From NCBI GenBank assembly GCA_045597865.1, contig JAZLKX010000025.1, positions 160,001-224,000 on the forward strand: a stretch of DNA of 64,000 nt. The letters are read 5' to 3'. The position numbers were made by a program, and so were the translations under genes. The stretch is from Bacilli bacterium (GTDB lineage: Bacteria > Bacillota_I > Bacilli_A > RFN20 > CAG-826). Shown in pieces: positions 1-9,440 of the stretch. The notes below the pieces were generated by a model. That model made no database searches. It was not told where the DNA came from and saw nothing but the letters and a program-made list of their open reading frames with translations. Position 1 is the first letter of the stretch. Each line of letters opens with the position of its first letter.

Positions 1-2
1 CA

Positions 3-128
3 CACGATTATTCTAAAGAAAAACCAACTCTTCAAGAGATTGTTCCAGGACACTTTATTCTTGCAAACTCAGAAGAAATGGAAAAATATCGTGCTCAAAT
101 TAAAGAGCTCGATGCTAAAGCAAAATAA
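3..128 (+). CDS. C-terminal end of oligopeptide ABC transporter ATP-binding protein (OppF-like), partial
   Basis: Frame from 3 reads HDYSKEKPTLQEIVPGHFILANSEEMEKY...*; resembles the OppF C-terminal 'LxEIxPGHF' tail; hairpin follows at 135-157. Confidence 0.6.
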   Translation, partial: HDYSKEKPTLQEIVPGHFILANSEEMEKYRAQIKELDAKAK

Positions 129-134
129 TGAATT

Positions 135-157
135 ATGCACCTTTAGGTGCATTTTTC
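135..157 (+). terminator. Rho-independent terminator
   Basis: ATGCACCT-TT-AGGTGCAT followed by T tract. Confidence 0.6.
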
Positions 158-173
158 TTTAAAAGGAGTCTAT

Positions 174-1379
174 ATGATACAAACACCATTTTACAGAACA
201 TACCAATTTGCACTTAAACTTGCCGCTAACTTTTTAGGAATTCATGAACCAAAAACACTTAATGAAGTTGATGCAATTTTAAAAGCTGGAGACATTCTTA
301 TTGAACATGGATTTAAACATCCATTAGTAGTTACTGATAAAGGCTTACATTCTTTAGGGATGCATGAAAACCTTGTTCAATCAATAAAGGAAAAAGGATT
401 AGGTTGTTCTTTATATTTTGATGTAGTTGCTAACCCAACAATTAAAAACGTTAATGATGGGTTAAAAATATATAAAGATGAAGGATGTGATTCAATTATT
501 GCTATCGGTGGTGGAAGCGCAATGGATTGCGCAAAAACCATTGGTGCTTTAGCAGTTAATCCAAAGAAAAATGTTGAAGATTTAAAGGGTATTTTACATG
601 TCCATCATAAAATTCCATACTTTATTGCAATTCCAACAACTGCTGGAACAGGTAGTGAAACTACCTTAGCTGCAGTAATTGTTAATGAGGAAACTCATCA
701 TAAGTATGCAATTAATGATCCACATTTAATTCCAGACTATGCTTTATTTGATCCAAAACTTCTTTTGAATTTACCTGGAAAAATCACATCAACAACTGGT
801 ATGGATGCATTAACTCATGCAGTTGAAGCATACATTGGCCATTCGAATACAAAGAAGACTAAAAGATGTGCAAGAGAAGCAGTTAAATTGATTTATGATC
901 ATCTTTATGAATCATATGTTGAACCTAAAAATTATGAACATAGAATGGCAATGCAAGAAGCTGCTTTCAAAGCTGGTATTGCCTTTACTAGAGCTTATGT
1001 TGGTTATGTCCATGCAATCGCACACTCATTAGGTGGAAAATATAATGTTCCACATGGACTTGCTAACGCCATTATATTGCCGTATGTTTTAGAAGCATTT
1101 GGCAAGAAAGCTCATAAAAAATTAGCAGAACTTTCTGATGTAATTTCACTTTGTGAAAAAACTTCATCTCGTGAAGAAAAAGCCAAGGCATTTATCGAAT
1201 GGATTCGCGAGATGAATAAGAAGATGGATATTCCAGAAAAATTTGATATTGAATTCGATGAAAAAGCAGTGGATGAAATGGCAAATCATGCTTTTAAAGA
1301 AGGTAATCCACTTTACCCAGTTCCAAAAGAATTCAATATGTCTGATTTCAAAAATATCTATCGCAAAATTTTGAAATAA
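174..1379 (+). CDS. Iron-containing alcohol dehydrogenase
   Basis: GGGSAMD, PTTAGTGSE, GMDALTHAVEAY, HAIAH..G..HG motifs; AGGAG RBS before ATG 174. Confidence 0.92.
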   Translation: MIQTPFYRTYQFALKLAANFLGIHEPKTLNEVDAILKAGDILIEHGFKHPLVVTDKGLHSLGMHENLVQSIKEKGLGCSLYFDVVANPTIKNVNDGLKIYKDEGCDSIIAIGGGSAMDCAKTIGALAVNPKKNVEDLKGILHVHHKIPYFIAIPTTAGTGSETTLAAVIVNEETHHKYAINDPHLIPDYALFDPKLLLNLPGKITSTTGMDALTHAVEAYIGHSNTKKTKRCAREAVKLIYDHLYESYVEPKNYEHRMAMQEAAFKAGIAFTRAYVGYVHAIAHSLGGKYNVPHGLANAIILPYVLEAFGKKAHKKLAELSDVISLCEKTSSREEKAKAFIEWIREMNKKMDIPEKFDIEFDEKAVDEMANHAFKEGNPLYPVPKEFNMSDFKNIYRKILK

Positions 1380-1401
1380 AGATTTGCTATTGCCTAAATT
1401 A

Positions 1402-1430
1402 TTGAAAATAAAATTCGATATAGGTATAAT
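1402..1430 (+). promoter_or_regulatory. Sigma-A-type promoter
   Basis: TTGAAA-17 nt-TATAAT upstream of AGGAG and ATG 1453. Confidence 0.6.
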
Positions 1431-1452
1431 TTAATTAATTAGGAGACAAATT

Positions 1453-2454
1453 ATGAAATTAAAATTGTTAAAATTCATCATTCCTTGTGTTGCTTCTTTA
1501 GCATGTCTTTCTGGTTGTGGCGAAAATGGCGATTATAAACCAACAGAAGAACAAAAGAAGGAAATCGCATCTTATTATGCTAAATACGATTTAGAAAAAG
1601 AAGGCGGTTATTTGCTCGAAGAACTTCAAAAGCTCTGCTTTAAGACACATACTGTATATGTAAAATACAAGTCTTATTCTACATATGCTTCCTTTGCTAC
1701 AGACCATATTTCTTCTGAAGCAGTTCCAGGAACAGTCAAGTATAAAAAAGATGGAACCGTTGATTTTACAAATTCCAAAAAATCAGGTAAAAATGAATAT
1801 TTTTATACAGGAAAAACCGCTTCTGGTGTAGGAACACGTGAACACGTTTGGCCATGTGCTAACTCTGATCAACTTTGGGTTCACGAATCTAGCGCTGGCT
1901 CACATTATGTTGATGGTTCAACATATAAAGGTGGAGGAAGTGACTTATATCACGTTCGCCCATCTACACCTGCAGTTAACACAGCTCGTGGTAACTCAAA
2001 ATTTGTCGATTTTGATGATGATGAATTTGAACAACTTAGAGATACAATCGTTGAATATGGCGATAAAGGCCCATATAAATTAAAACTTCAAGGTGGACAA
2101 TCAAACAAGACTCCACCAGAGTTTGCTGATAAAGTAGAAGTTGATGATCACTATAAAGGTGACGTCGCAAGAATCTTAGTCTATGTTTGGGTTCACTATG
2201 GAAATCATGGAAATTTTGATTTTATTAGTGATACTAAAAAAGATATGATTGGAGATTTGGATCTTTGTAGTGTTTTAGGTTATGGTCCAAATAGAGAAAG
2301 AGTTTTTGAAAAACTCTGCGAATGGAATAATATGGATCCACCTTCATCAACTGAAAAGTTAAGAAATGATACTGTTCAAAAATTACAAGGTAACCGTAAT
2401 CCATTCGTTGATCATCCAGAATTAATGGAACAGTTATTACTTGAAATGATTTAA
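1453..2454 (+). CDS. Endonuclease I (EndA/Bsn) family lipoprotein, extracellular nuclease
   Basis: Lipobox LSGC; REHVWP, DLYHVRP..VNxxRGN, KGDVAR, QGNRNPFVDHP motifs. Confidence 0.88.
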   Translation: MKLKLLKFIIPCVASLACLSGCGENGDYKPTEEQKKEIASYYAKYDLEKEGGYLLEELQKLCFKTHTVYVKYKSYSTYASFATDHISSEAVPGTVKYKKDGTVDFTNSKKSGKNEYFYTGKTASGVGTREHVWPCANSDQLWVHESSAGSHYVDGSTYKGGGSDLYHVRPSTPAVNTARGNSKFVDFDDDEFEQLRDTIVEYGDKGPYKLKLQGGQSNKTPPEFADKVEVDDHYKGDVARILVYVWVHYGNHGNFDFISDTKKDMIGDLDLCSVLGYGPNRERVFEKLCEWNNMDPPSSTEKLRNDTVQKLQGNRNPFVDHPELMEQLLLEMI

Positions 2455-2488
2455 AAAACAAGGGTTCTAATGAACCCTTTTTAATATT

Positions 2489-3784
2489 ATGTTTAAAGTT
2501 GGTCTTATATCTTTAGGTTGTGCTAAAAATCTCGTTGATAGCGAGATGATTTTAGGCGCACTTGCTAATTCAAAATTTGAAATTGTTAATACAATTCAAG
2601 AAAGTGATGTAATTATTGTTAATACATGTGGCTTTATTGAAGCAAGTAAAGAAGAATCAATTGAAAACATATTAGATGTTTGTAAGTATGGCAAAAAGGT
2701 AGTGGTCACAGGTTGTCTAGTTGAACGTTATCTTGATGAACTTAAAGCTTCTATTCCAGAAGTTGATTTGTGGATTCCAATTAGAGAATATTCACACTTT
2801 TCAGAGCTCATTGAAAAGATGCTTGAAAATAAGCAAGAAGTTGAACCATTAAATCCATTTGTAAGAATGCTTTCTACACCTCCTTGGATGGCTTATTTAA
2901 GAATCTCGGAAGGTTGTAATAATTGTTGTGCTTATTGTGCAATTCCTCTCATTCGCGGACATTTCAGAAGTAGACCTTTTGATGATGTAATTTCAGAGGC
3001 AAAATTGCTTGCAAAAAACGGTATAAAAGAACTCGTTTTAATTAGCCAAGATACAACAAGATACGGCACGGATTTTAAGCCTCAAAAATCAATAGTAGAT
3101 TTGCTTAAAGAATTAGTGAAAATTTCTGAGTTTAAATCCATTAGATTGCTCTACCTTTATCCAGACGAAATAACCGAGAATTTGATTGATTTTATCGCAA
3201 AAACCCCGGTAATTTCCCCATATTTTGATATTCCGTTCCAACATTCAAGTGACCCAGTTTTGAAGGGAATGTTACGTCGTGGAACGCACGAAAGTTATCA
3301 AAAATTAATTGACCAAATTAGGGTTAAAATTCCACATGCAATTATACGTACAACTTATATCGTTGGATTCCCTGGTGAAACCGATGATGATTTTGTTGAT
3401 TTAGTAGCCTTCACTCGAAAGAATAAATTTGATCACATGGGTGCCTTTAAATACTCTCGTGAAGATGGCACAAAAGCATATGATTATGATAATCAAGTTG
3501 AGGAAGCTTTAAAGGCTGGAAGACTTGCAAAAATCATGGAAGTTCAAAAGAAGATTTCATATCAAAATAACAAAGTTAGAGTTGGCGAAATAATGCATGG
3601 AATTGTGGTGGAATATAATCCAACAAATAAAGTGTATGGACTCCGTTCTTATTGGAATGCACCAGACGATATTGATGGCAAAATTAGTTTCGTCTCAAAT
3701 AAAGAGTTGAAACTTGGAGACGAAGTTGATGTAAAGATTACAAATGCATTCGTCTATGATTTATTTGGAGAAGTAGTTGAATAA
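2489..3784 (+). CDS. rimO: Ribosomal protein S12 methylthiotransferase RimO
   Basis: SLGCAKNLVDSE, VNTCGFI, radical SAM CNNCCAYC, APDDIDG in TRAM domain. Confidence 0.95.
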   Translation: MFKVGLISLGCAKNLVDSEMILGALANSKFEIVNTIQESDVIIVNTCGFIEASKEESIENILDVCKYGKKVVVTGCLVERYLDELKASIPEVDLWIPIREYSHFSELIEKMLENKQEVEPLNPFVRMLSTPPWMAYLRISEGCNNCCAYCAIPLIRGHFRSRPFDDVISEAKLLAKNGIKELVLISQDTTRYGTDFKPQKSIVDLLKELVKISEFKSIRLLYLYPDEITENLIDFIAKTPVISPYFDIPFQHSSDPVLKGMLRRGTHESYQKLIDQIRVKIPHAIIRTTYIVGFPGETDDDFVDLVAFTRKNKFDHMGAFKYSREDGTKAYDYDNQVEEALKAGRLAKIMEVQKKISYQNNKVRVGEIMHGIVVEYNPTNKVYGLRSYWNAPDDIDGKISFVSNKELKLGDEVDVKITNAFVYDLFGEVVE

Positions 3785-3815
3785 ATAATAGTTTATATAT
3801 ATAATCTATTGCGTT

Positions 3816-3889
3816 GCCTCCATAGTTAAATGGCATAACGGATCCATGGTAAGGATCAATTCGTAGTTCGATTCTGCGTGGAGGCACCA
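3816..3889 (+). tRNA. tRNA-Thr(GGT)
   Basis: Acceptor GCCTCCA/TGGAGGC+A+CCA; anticodon arm GATCC-ATGGTAA-GGATC; T arm CGTAG-TTCGATT-CTGCG. Confidence 0.95.
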
Positions 3890-3932
3890 TTAAATCGTTA
3901 AAAAGTGCAACCCTCTAAAAAGATTGCATTTT

Positions 3933-4208
3933 TTATTTTTTTAGTTCAATTTTGACAAAGTCAATAAAGTCTTCTTTTGGAATAGATTCGAGTCTTTTAC
4001 AAATTGTGTTTATTTCATCGTTGGCATCCCTTTCGATAAGATAGTCGACAGTAACGCCAAAGAAATCTGCTAATTGAATAAGTTGGTGAATTTTTGGCTC
4101 ATAGATGCCATTTTCCCAGTTTAATAATGTTTGGCCAGTAACGTTTAGTTTTTTAGCTAATTCGTTTTGAGTGATGCCTGATTTAATTCTTAGTTCTTTT
4201 AATCTCAT
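3933..4208 (-). CDS. XRE-family helix-turn-helix regulator
   Basis: MRLKELR..GITQNELAKKLNVTGQTLLNWENG..EP...LADFFGVTVDYL; ATG at 4208. Confidence 0.92.
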   Translation of the reverse strand: MRLKELRIKSGITQNELAKKLNVTGQTLLNWENGIYEPKIHQLIQLADFFGVTVDYLIERDANDEINTICKRLESIPKEDFIDFVKIELKK

Positions 4209-4308
4209 CAAAGTTTCCTCAACAAAATAATCAAGGAAACCTTGACTATTTAGTAGTAAAATCAAGTAAAGTTTAGTAAAATATTCAATAAATCAAGGAA
4301 ACTTTGAT
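4207..4308. promoter_or_regulatory. Array of ATCAAGGAAAC(C/T)TTGA-type operator repeats
   Basis: Copies at 4230-4246 and 4292-4308, degenerate at 4261-4275, inverted at 4207-4222, between divergent XRE gene and MTase operon. Confidence 0.7.
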
Positions 4309-4326
4309 TTTGGGAGTATTGGGAAG

Positions 4327-5475
4327 ATGGCTACTAAATTGATGGATAAGGCCAAAAGGGATAAGGCTGATGAGTTTTATACTCAAATGTACGACATTGA
4401 GATAGAACTCAAACATTATAAAAATTATTTTAAGGATAAAGTTATTCTTTGTAATTGTGATGATCCTTACGAAAGTAATTTCTTTAAGTATTTTGCTTTA
4501 AATTTTAATTATTTTGGATTAAAGAAACTTATTGCAACATGTTACGATGGTTCGCCTATTGTTGGAACACAATTAAATCTTTTTGAAGATTTGATGGAAA
4601 CTGGAAGAAATGCTTATAAAATTGAAATAAGTTCTGTTGAAGATTTAAATAAAGATGGCTCAGTTGACTTAAGCGATGTTGAGATTCTTTTAAGAAATAA
4701 AGCAAATGTAATGACCAAATTGAAAGAGAACGGCGATTTTAGAAGCGGAGAATGCCTAGAATTGCTTAATGAAGCCGACATTGTTGTTACCAATCCTCCG
4801 TTTTCTCTTTTTAGAGAATATATAGCAACTCTCGAAGATTTAAATAAGAATTTCATAATTTTAGGTAATACAAATGCTTTAACTTATAAAGAAGTTTTTA
4901 GAATGTTTCAAGAAAATAAAATTAGAACAGGTTATACAAATTTTAATACCGGAATGTATTTTATGGTTCCTGATTCTGTTGAAAAGTATCATAAAATCGA
5001 CAGTAATGGTAGAAAAATGGTTAGAGTTTCAACCTCGTGCTGGTTTACAAATATGCCGGTTGAAAAGCATAATGAAATTTTGACTTTATATGAAAAATAT
5101 AACGAAAATAAGTTTCATAAATATTGTAATTACAATGCAATTAACGTAGACAATTACAAAGAAATTCCTGTTGATTTTCCAGGAAATATTGGCGTGCCAG
5201 TAACTTTCTTGGACAAATTTAATCCTGATCAATTTCAAATTGTGGCATTAGGAATTACCGGAAGCATTGAATTTGATTCTGAGAGAAAGATGTTTATTTT
5301 AGATAAAGAAGGTAATAACACCGGTAAAGTTACAGTTAATGCAAAAGGGACACTTTATAGGAAACATTATGAGGATGATAAAAAACCAGCGGCTTTTATG
5401 GATTGTGATACTGGTGAGTTATATCAAAGTATTTATGCTAGGGTTATTGTCAAAAATAAAATGTTAGGAGAATAA
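4327..5475 (+). CDS. EcoRI-family adenine-specific DNA methyltransferase
   Basis: DEFYT, ILCNCDDP..SNF, GDFRS.EC, DIVVTNPPFSLFREY, GVPVTFLDKFNP motifs. Confidence 0.9.
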   Translation: MATKLMDKAKRDKADEFYTQMYDIEIELKHYKNYFKDKVILCNCDDPYESNFFKYFALNFNYFGLKKLIATCYDGSPIVGTQLNLFEDLMETGRNAYKIEISSVEDLNKDGSVDLSDVEILLRNKANVMTKLKENGDFRSGECLELLNEADIVVTNPPFSLFREYIATLEDLNKNFIILGNTNALTYKEVFRMFQENKIRTGYTNFNTGMYFMVPDSVEKYHKIDSNGRKMVRVSTSCWFTNMPVEKHNEILTLYEKYNENKFHKYCNYNAINVDNYKEIPVDFPGNIGVPVTFLDKFNPDQFQIVALGITGSIEFDSERKMFILDKEGNNTGKVTVNAKGTLYRKHYEDDKKPAAFMDCDTGELYQSIYARVIVKNKMLGE

Positions 5476-5477
5476 TT

Positions 5478-6587
5478 ATGCTTAAAATCGATTTAAAAGA
5501 AATTAAAATTAGAGACATTGTTGACGCTTATTTAGATAGCGGTGAAAGCGGTGTTGTTGGTTTTGGAGGAAAATTAAATATCCGCCCAGCATATCAAAGG
5601 GAGTTTGTTTACAAAGAACAACAAAGAAATGCTGTTATTGAAACTATTCGCAAAGGGTTCCCACTAAACGTTATGTATTGGTGTGAAAATGACGATGGTT
5701 CATATGAGATTCTTGATGGTCAACAAAGAACAATAAGCTTTTGCCAATTTTGTTCAAATGAATTTATGATGGATTTTGGTGGAACGTTAAGAACGTTTTT
5801 GTCACTTCCACAAAGTGAAAAAGACCAAATTTTAGACTATAAATGCATGATTTACATTTGCAAAGGTAACGATAGAGAAAAGCTTGACTGGTTCAGAGTA
5901 ATTAATACTGCGGGTGAAAAATTAACTGATCAAGAATTAAGAAATGCATGTTATCCAGGAAAATGGTTAACAAACGCAAAATCTCAATTTAGTAAACCAG
6001 GATGTGCTGCATCTGGAATGGCAAACAAGTATCTTTCTGGTGTTGCAATTAGACAAGATTACCTAGAAACAGCTTTAGATTGGATTAGACAATCTCAAGG
6101 ATTAGATAGCATCGAAGCTTATATGGTTTTGCATCAACATGACGCAAATTCACTGGAATTATGGAATTACTTTACTAATGTTATTAACTGGGCCATGGCG
6201 ACCTTTTCAACTTATAGAAGTGCAATGAAAGGTGTTCAATGGGGTGTCTTATATAATAAATTTCACTCAAATATTTACGATGCAGACATTATGGAAGCAA
6301 AAGTAAAAGAGTTAATGGCTGATGATGAAGTAGGCAATAAAAAGGGTATCTATGAGTACTTATTTGATGGAGATGAGAGACATCTTAATTTAAGAGCATT
6401 CACTGATTCAGAAAAAAGAACAATGTATGAGCGTCAAAATGGAATTTGTCCAAAGTGCCATAAACATTTTGAATTTGAAGAAATGGAAGGCGATCATATC
6501 GACCCATGGCATGATGGCGGCAAAACAACATTAGATAATGGTCAAATGCTTTGTAAGCATTGCAACCGTGTTAAAAGTGGTGCATAA
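5478..6587 (+). CDS. DUF262 (GmrS/ParB-like) plus C-terminal HNH endonuclease
   Basis: RPAYQREF, ILDGQQRT, F..IN..G..L; C-terminal CPKC...DHIDPW..GG.T...N.QMLCKHCN. Confidence 0.88.
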   Translation: MLKIDLKEIKIRDIVDAYLDSGESGVVGFGGKLNIRPAYQREFVYKEQQRNAVIETIRKGFPLNVMYWCENDDGSYEILDGQQRTISFCQFCSNEFMMDFGGTLRTFLSLPQSEKDQILDYKCMIYICKGNDREKLDWFRVINTAGEKLTDQELRNACYPGKWLTNAKSQFSKPGCAASGMANKYLSGVAIRQDYLETALDWIRQSQGLDSIEAYMVLHQHDANSLELWNYFTNVINWAMATFSTYRSAMKGVQWGVLYNKFHSNIYDADIMEAKVKELMADDEVGNKKGIYEYLFDGDERHLNLRAFTDSEKRTMYERQNGICPKCHKHFEFEEMEGDHIDPWHDGGKTTLDNGQMLCKHCNRVKSGA

Positions 6588-6590
6588 AAC

Positions 6591-7310
6591 ATGAACATTA
6601 AAGTTTGCGCAAACAATAAATATGTAAATCTAAAAGGTGAGTATTTTTCTGATACAGGCAAAATCATAATATATAAGGATTCAAAGTACAGGGTTGATTA
6701 CGCACCATCATGTATGCAACATATTTTACGTGCCAGAGATGAAATATTACCTATCATTGGCGATAATGGAACAATCGTAAAAGATTATGAATTTAATACA
6801 GCTGGTGGTGCTGCATCAATTTTGTGTGGTTCAATGACTAATGGTCTCGATTTCTTTAGAGAAGTTGAAACAAATAAAACCTTAAATGAATTTTTGGGAA
6901 ATAAGGAAACAAAAAGTCTTAGAATAAGTCCAAAAGAAAAACCATATCTTCTATTAGAAGGAGAGAAAAAATTTACGAGAATATATTCAGTAGGCAAAAA
7001 AGCTTTAACTAATAGCGGATTTACATGTTATGTTGATGCAAATCACGAAACTTTTATTACTGACGCCGGTTCAGTTTATATGGAAGCTCATCATTTAATA
7101 CCTTTTAAGTATCAAAAAGATTTTGTTTATAGTTTACAAGTTCCTGCCAATATTGTTTGTTTATGTCCGGAATGTCATCGTAAGTTACATTATGGAAAAG
7201 ACAGAAAAATATTGCTAAAAAGACTTTATGATGATCGCAAATTTGATTTAAAAAAGGCTAAAATTGGAATTACATTTGCACAGCTTTGCAAATATTACGA
7301 TATCGAATAA
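6591..7310 (+). CDS. DUF4357 (RAMA)-like N-terminal domain plus McrA-like HNH endonuclease
   Basis: DYEFNTAGGAASILCGSMTNG resembles DUF4357; YMEAHHLIP...NIVCLCPECHRKLH is HNH. Confidence 0.75.
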   Translation: MNIKVCANNKYVNLKGEYFSDTGKIIIYKDSKYRVDYAPSCMQHILRARDEILPIIGDNGTIVKDYEFNTAGGAASILCGSMTNGLDFFREVETNKTLNEFLGNKETKSLRISPKEKPYLLLEGEKKFTRIYSVGKKALTNSGFTCYVDANHETFITDAGSVYMEAHHLIPFKYQKDFVYSLQVPANIVCLCPECHRKLHYGKDRKILLKRLYDDRKFDLKKAKIGITFAQLCKYYDIE

Positions 7311-7364
7311 ACTTTACTTTTTAAATCTTTGATTTATGTTCGTATACTACAAGGAGGTAGTCAT

Positions 7365-7763
7365 ATGGACCCAAAAATTAAAGAACAACTCTTAAAAATG
7401 AAAGAGCACGGATTCTCGTATCGGAGAATCTCTTTTCTTTTAAACATTCCACTAAGTAATGTAAAAAGCACAGTTCTTAGAGCAAGAAAAGCACCAGTAA
7501 AGAAGATTTATTGTAAAACCTGTGGTAAGTATGTAAAACAACCAAAAGGCAAGAAAGAAAAGAATTTCTGTAGCGATAAATGTCGCACCAAATGGTGGAA
7601 CGCTCATAAAGATCTAATTAAACATTCAAATCCTGTTTATAAGAAATGTCCAATCTGTGGAAAAGTTTTCATTACTTATAAGAGCCAAAACAAAATTTAT
7701 TGTTGTAGAGAATGCTATAGGAGAGCCAAATGGGTAAAACAGACGAATATTTTCACCGATTAG
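7365..7763 (+). CDS. HTH plus double zinc-finger protein (prophage/ICE type)
   Basis: GFSYRRIS..L.I...NVKS helix-turn-helix; CKTCG..FCSDKCR..WW and CPICG..YCCRECY; AGGAGG RBS. Confidence 0.75.
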   Translation: MDPKIKEQLLKMKEHGFSYRRISFLLNIPLSNVKSTVLRARKAPVKKIYCKTCGKYVKQPKGKKEKNFCSDKCRTKWWNAHKDLIKHSNPVYKKCPICGKVFITYKSQNKIYCCRECYRRAKWVKQTNIFTD

Positions 7764-7918
7764 AAGATTATGTTTTATCGATGCTTATTGTAAAAAGAAT
7801 GCTAATAGAGAATGTGATAACTAAACAAACCTACTCTCAAATGGAAAATGAACTTGCAAAAGAACTTAATGTCAAAAATAGTCTAGCAAGAGATGCTTTT
7901 AAACAAATAATTAAATAA
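7730..7918 (+). CDS. Small SHOCT-like protein
   Basis: MLIENVITKQTY.QME..L pattern; overlaps upstream gene as in HTH-Zn finger/SHOCT/recombinase cassettes. Confidence 0.55.
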   Translation: MGKTDEYFHRLEDYVLSMLIVKRMLIENVITKQTYSQMENELAKELNVKNSLARDAFKQIIK

Positions 7919-7969
7919 TCGTCTATCAAATCATTACTTTTTGTCCATTAACTATCAGGAGGTAGTCAA

Positions 7970-8371
7970 ATGGACTCAATACATAATAAAGTGCTATCGC
8001 TTTATAAAAATAAGATGTCTGCTAGTGATATAGCTTTCATCTTAGAAATCTCGGTAGCGGCAGTTGAAAATTACATCAAGGATTTGGAAGAAGAAAATGA
8101 ATTCCAATATTGTGAAAACTGTGGAAAAAGAATGGTTTCGATTAAAGGAAAAAAGAAAAAACGTTTTTGCTGTGACAAGTGCAGAAATGAGTGGTGGAAT
8201 GCTCATCAAGATCAAGTAAACAAAAAGGCTTACTATGTAAAAACCTGTGTTTGTTGCCGCAAAAAGTTTTTGTCGTACGGAAACAAAAACGCCAAATATT
8301 GTTCACACGAATGTTACATTAAGCACAGATATCATAGGGAGAGAAGACATTATGAAAAAAGATACAATTAA
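7970..8371 (+). CDS. HTH plus double zinc-finger protein, paralog 2
   Basis: CENCG..KKKRFCCDKCRNEWWNAH; CVCC..KYCSHECY; same AGGAGGTAGTCA leader as 7365. Confidence 0.75.
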   Translation: MDSIHNKVLSLYKNKMSASDIAFILEISVAAVENYIKDLEEENEFQYCENCGKRMVSIKGKKKKRFCCDKCRNEWWNAHQDQVNKKAYYVKTCVCCRKKFLSYGNKNAKYCSHECYIKHRYHRERRHYEKRYN

Positions 8372-8603
8372 AATAATTAAATTAAGAGAACAAGGTTTAT
8401 CTTATACTGAAATTGCTAAAGTATTAGATATGCCACTAGGAAGTGTAAAAACTGTTATATCTAGACTTAGAAATAGGCAACCGGTTCCATGTGTTAAATG
8501 TGTTGAATGTGGATCGCTTTATCCAGCAGAATCAAATTCACTATTTTGCTGCCCTGAATGTAGAGAAAAATGGCTTAAAGAAAATGCACTTATTAACGAT
8601 TAG
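8352..8603 (+). CDS. HTH plus single zinc-finger protein, paralog 3
   Basis: LREQGLSYTEIAKVLDMPLGSVKT; CVECG..FCCPECR. Confidence 0.7.
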   Translation: MKKDTIKIIKLREQGLSYTEIAKVLDMPLGSVKTVISRLRNRQPVPCVKCVECGSLYPAESNSLFCCPECREKWLKENALIND

Positions 8604-8800
8604 TCAATCAGAAGAAAGTTTATGAATCAAAATTAATCGAAAATCAATAAAAATGGACGGGTTTCACTATATTCATCGAAAAATTACGTGTATTCAAAAG
8701 GGGATATGCAATTGTATTAAAATGTACAATTCGTTCCATTTGTAAATTACAGGTTTGATATAAGCCTGTTTTTTTATAAAAAAAATGATATTATTTAAAT

Positions 8801-9433
8801 ATGAAACCAAATCCAAATTTAGTATTTCCAATTCCTGGTTATGATAAGGAAACATATATAAAACCAACAATTAAAAATCCAAATATTATTGTTGGAGACT
8901 TTTCGTATTTTGCAGATCAAGATTTTGAAAGTCACGTTACTCATTTTTACCCATGGAGTAAAGACAAACTCATAATTGGAAAGTTTGTTCAAATTGCTTT
9001 TGGAGTTGAATTTATGATGAATGAATGCAACCATCAATTGAATGCTGTTTCAACTTATCCTTTCTTTACAATTCCAGGATGGGACGCATTGCGTCCAGAA
9101 GATAAAGACTGTCCTTATAAAGGCGATACAGTTGTTGGAAATGATGTATGGATTGGCGAAAAAGTTACAATTCTTCCAGGAGTCCACATTGGTGATGGCG
9201 CAATTATTGGAGCTTGTTCTGTAGTTACCAAGGATGTTGAACCATATACTGTTGTTGGTGGAAATCCTGCAAGAGTTATTAGAAAAAGATTTGATGATGA
9301 ACTCATCGAATTATTAGAGAAATTTAAATGGTGGGATAAATCTGTTGATGAAATTAATAGGTTGATTCCAATTTTAACTAATTCAAATCTTGATCAAGTT
9401 AAAAAGTTCATTATTAAAGAAATTGAGAAATAG
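8801..9433 (+). CDS. Vat/CatB-family (xenobiotic) hexapeptide O-acetyltransferase
   Basis: [58 protein letters not shown]. Confidence 0.88.
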   Translation: MKPNPNLVFPIPGYDKETYIKPTIKNPNIIVGDFSYFADQDFESHVTHFYPWSKDKLIIGKFVQIAFGVEFMMNECNHQLNAVSTYPFFTIPGWDALRPEDKDCPYKGDTVVGNDVWIGEKVTILPGVHIGDGAIIGACSVVTKDVEPYTVVGGNPARVIRKRFDDELIELLEKFKWWDKSVDEINRLIPILTNSNLDQVKKFIIKEIEK

Positions 9434-9440
9434 GTTATCT

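Larger units (their letters stand above)
3890..8603. mobile_element. tRNA-Thr-adjacent genomic island remnant (defence cargo plus phage-type HTH/Zn-finger genes)
   Basis: Directly downstream of a tRNA; XRE repressor, MTase, two HNH nucleases, prophage-type small genes; no integrase and no att duplicate visible. Confidence 0.55.

Noticed and set aside
3313-3325. Arginine codon reassignment (AGG to Met, CGG to Trp) reported for some uncultured Bacilli
   Set aside because: AGG encodes a conserved Arg in RimO (QIR) and in the DUF262 YQRE motif; in-frame CGG seems too rare to judge by eye (one seen at 7422)
3870-8800. attL/attR duplication of the tRNA-Thr 3' end and an integrase
   Set aside because: No second copy of TGGAGGCACCA and no recombinase ORF seen; the island is called only as a remnant
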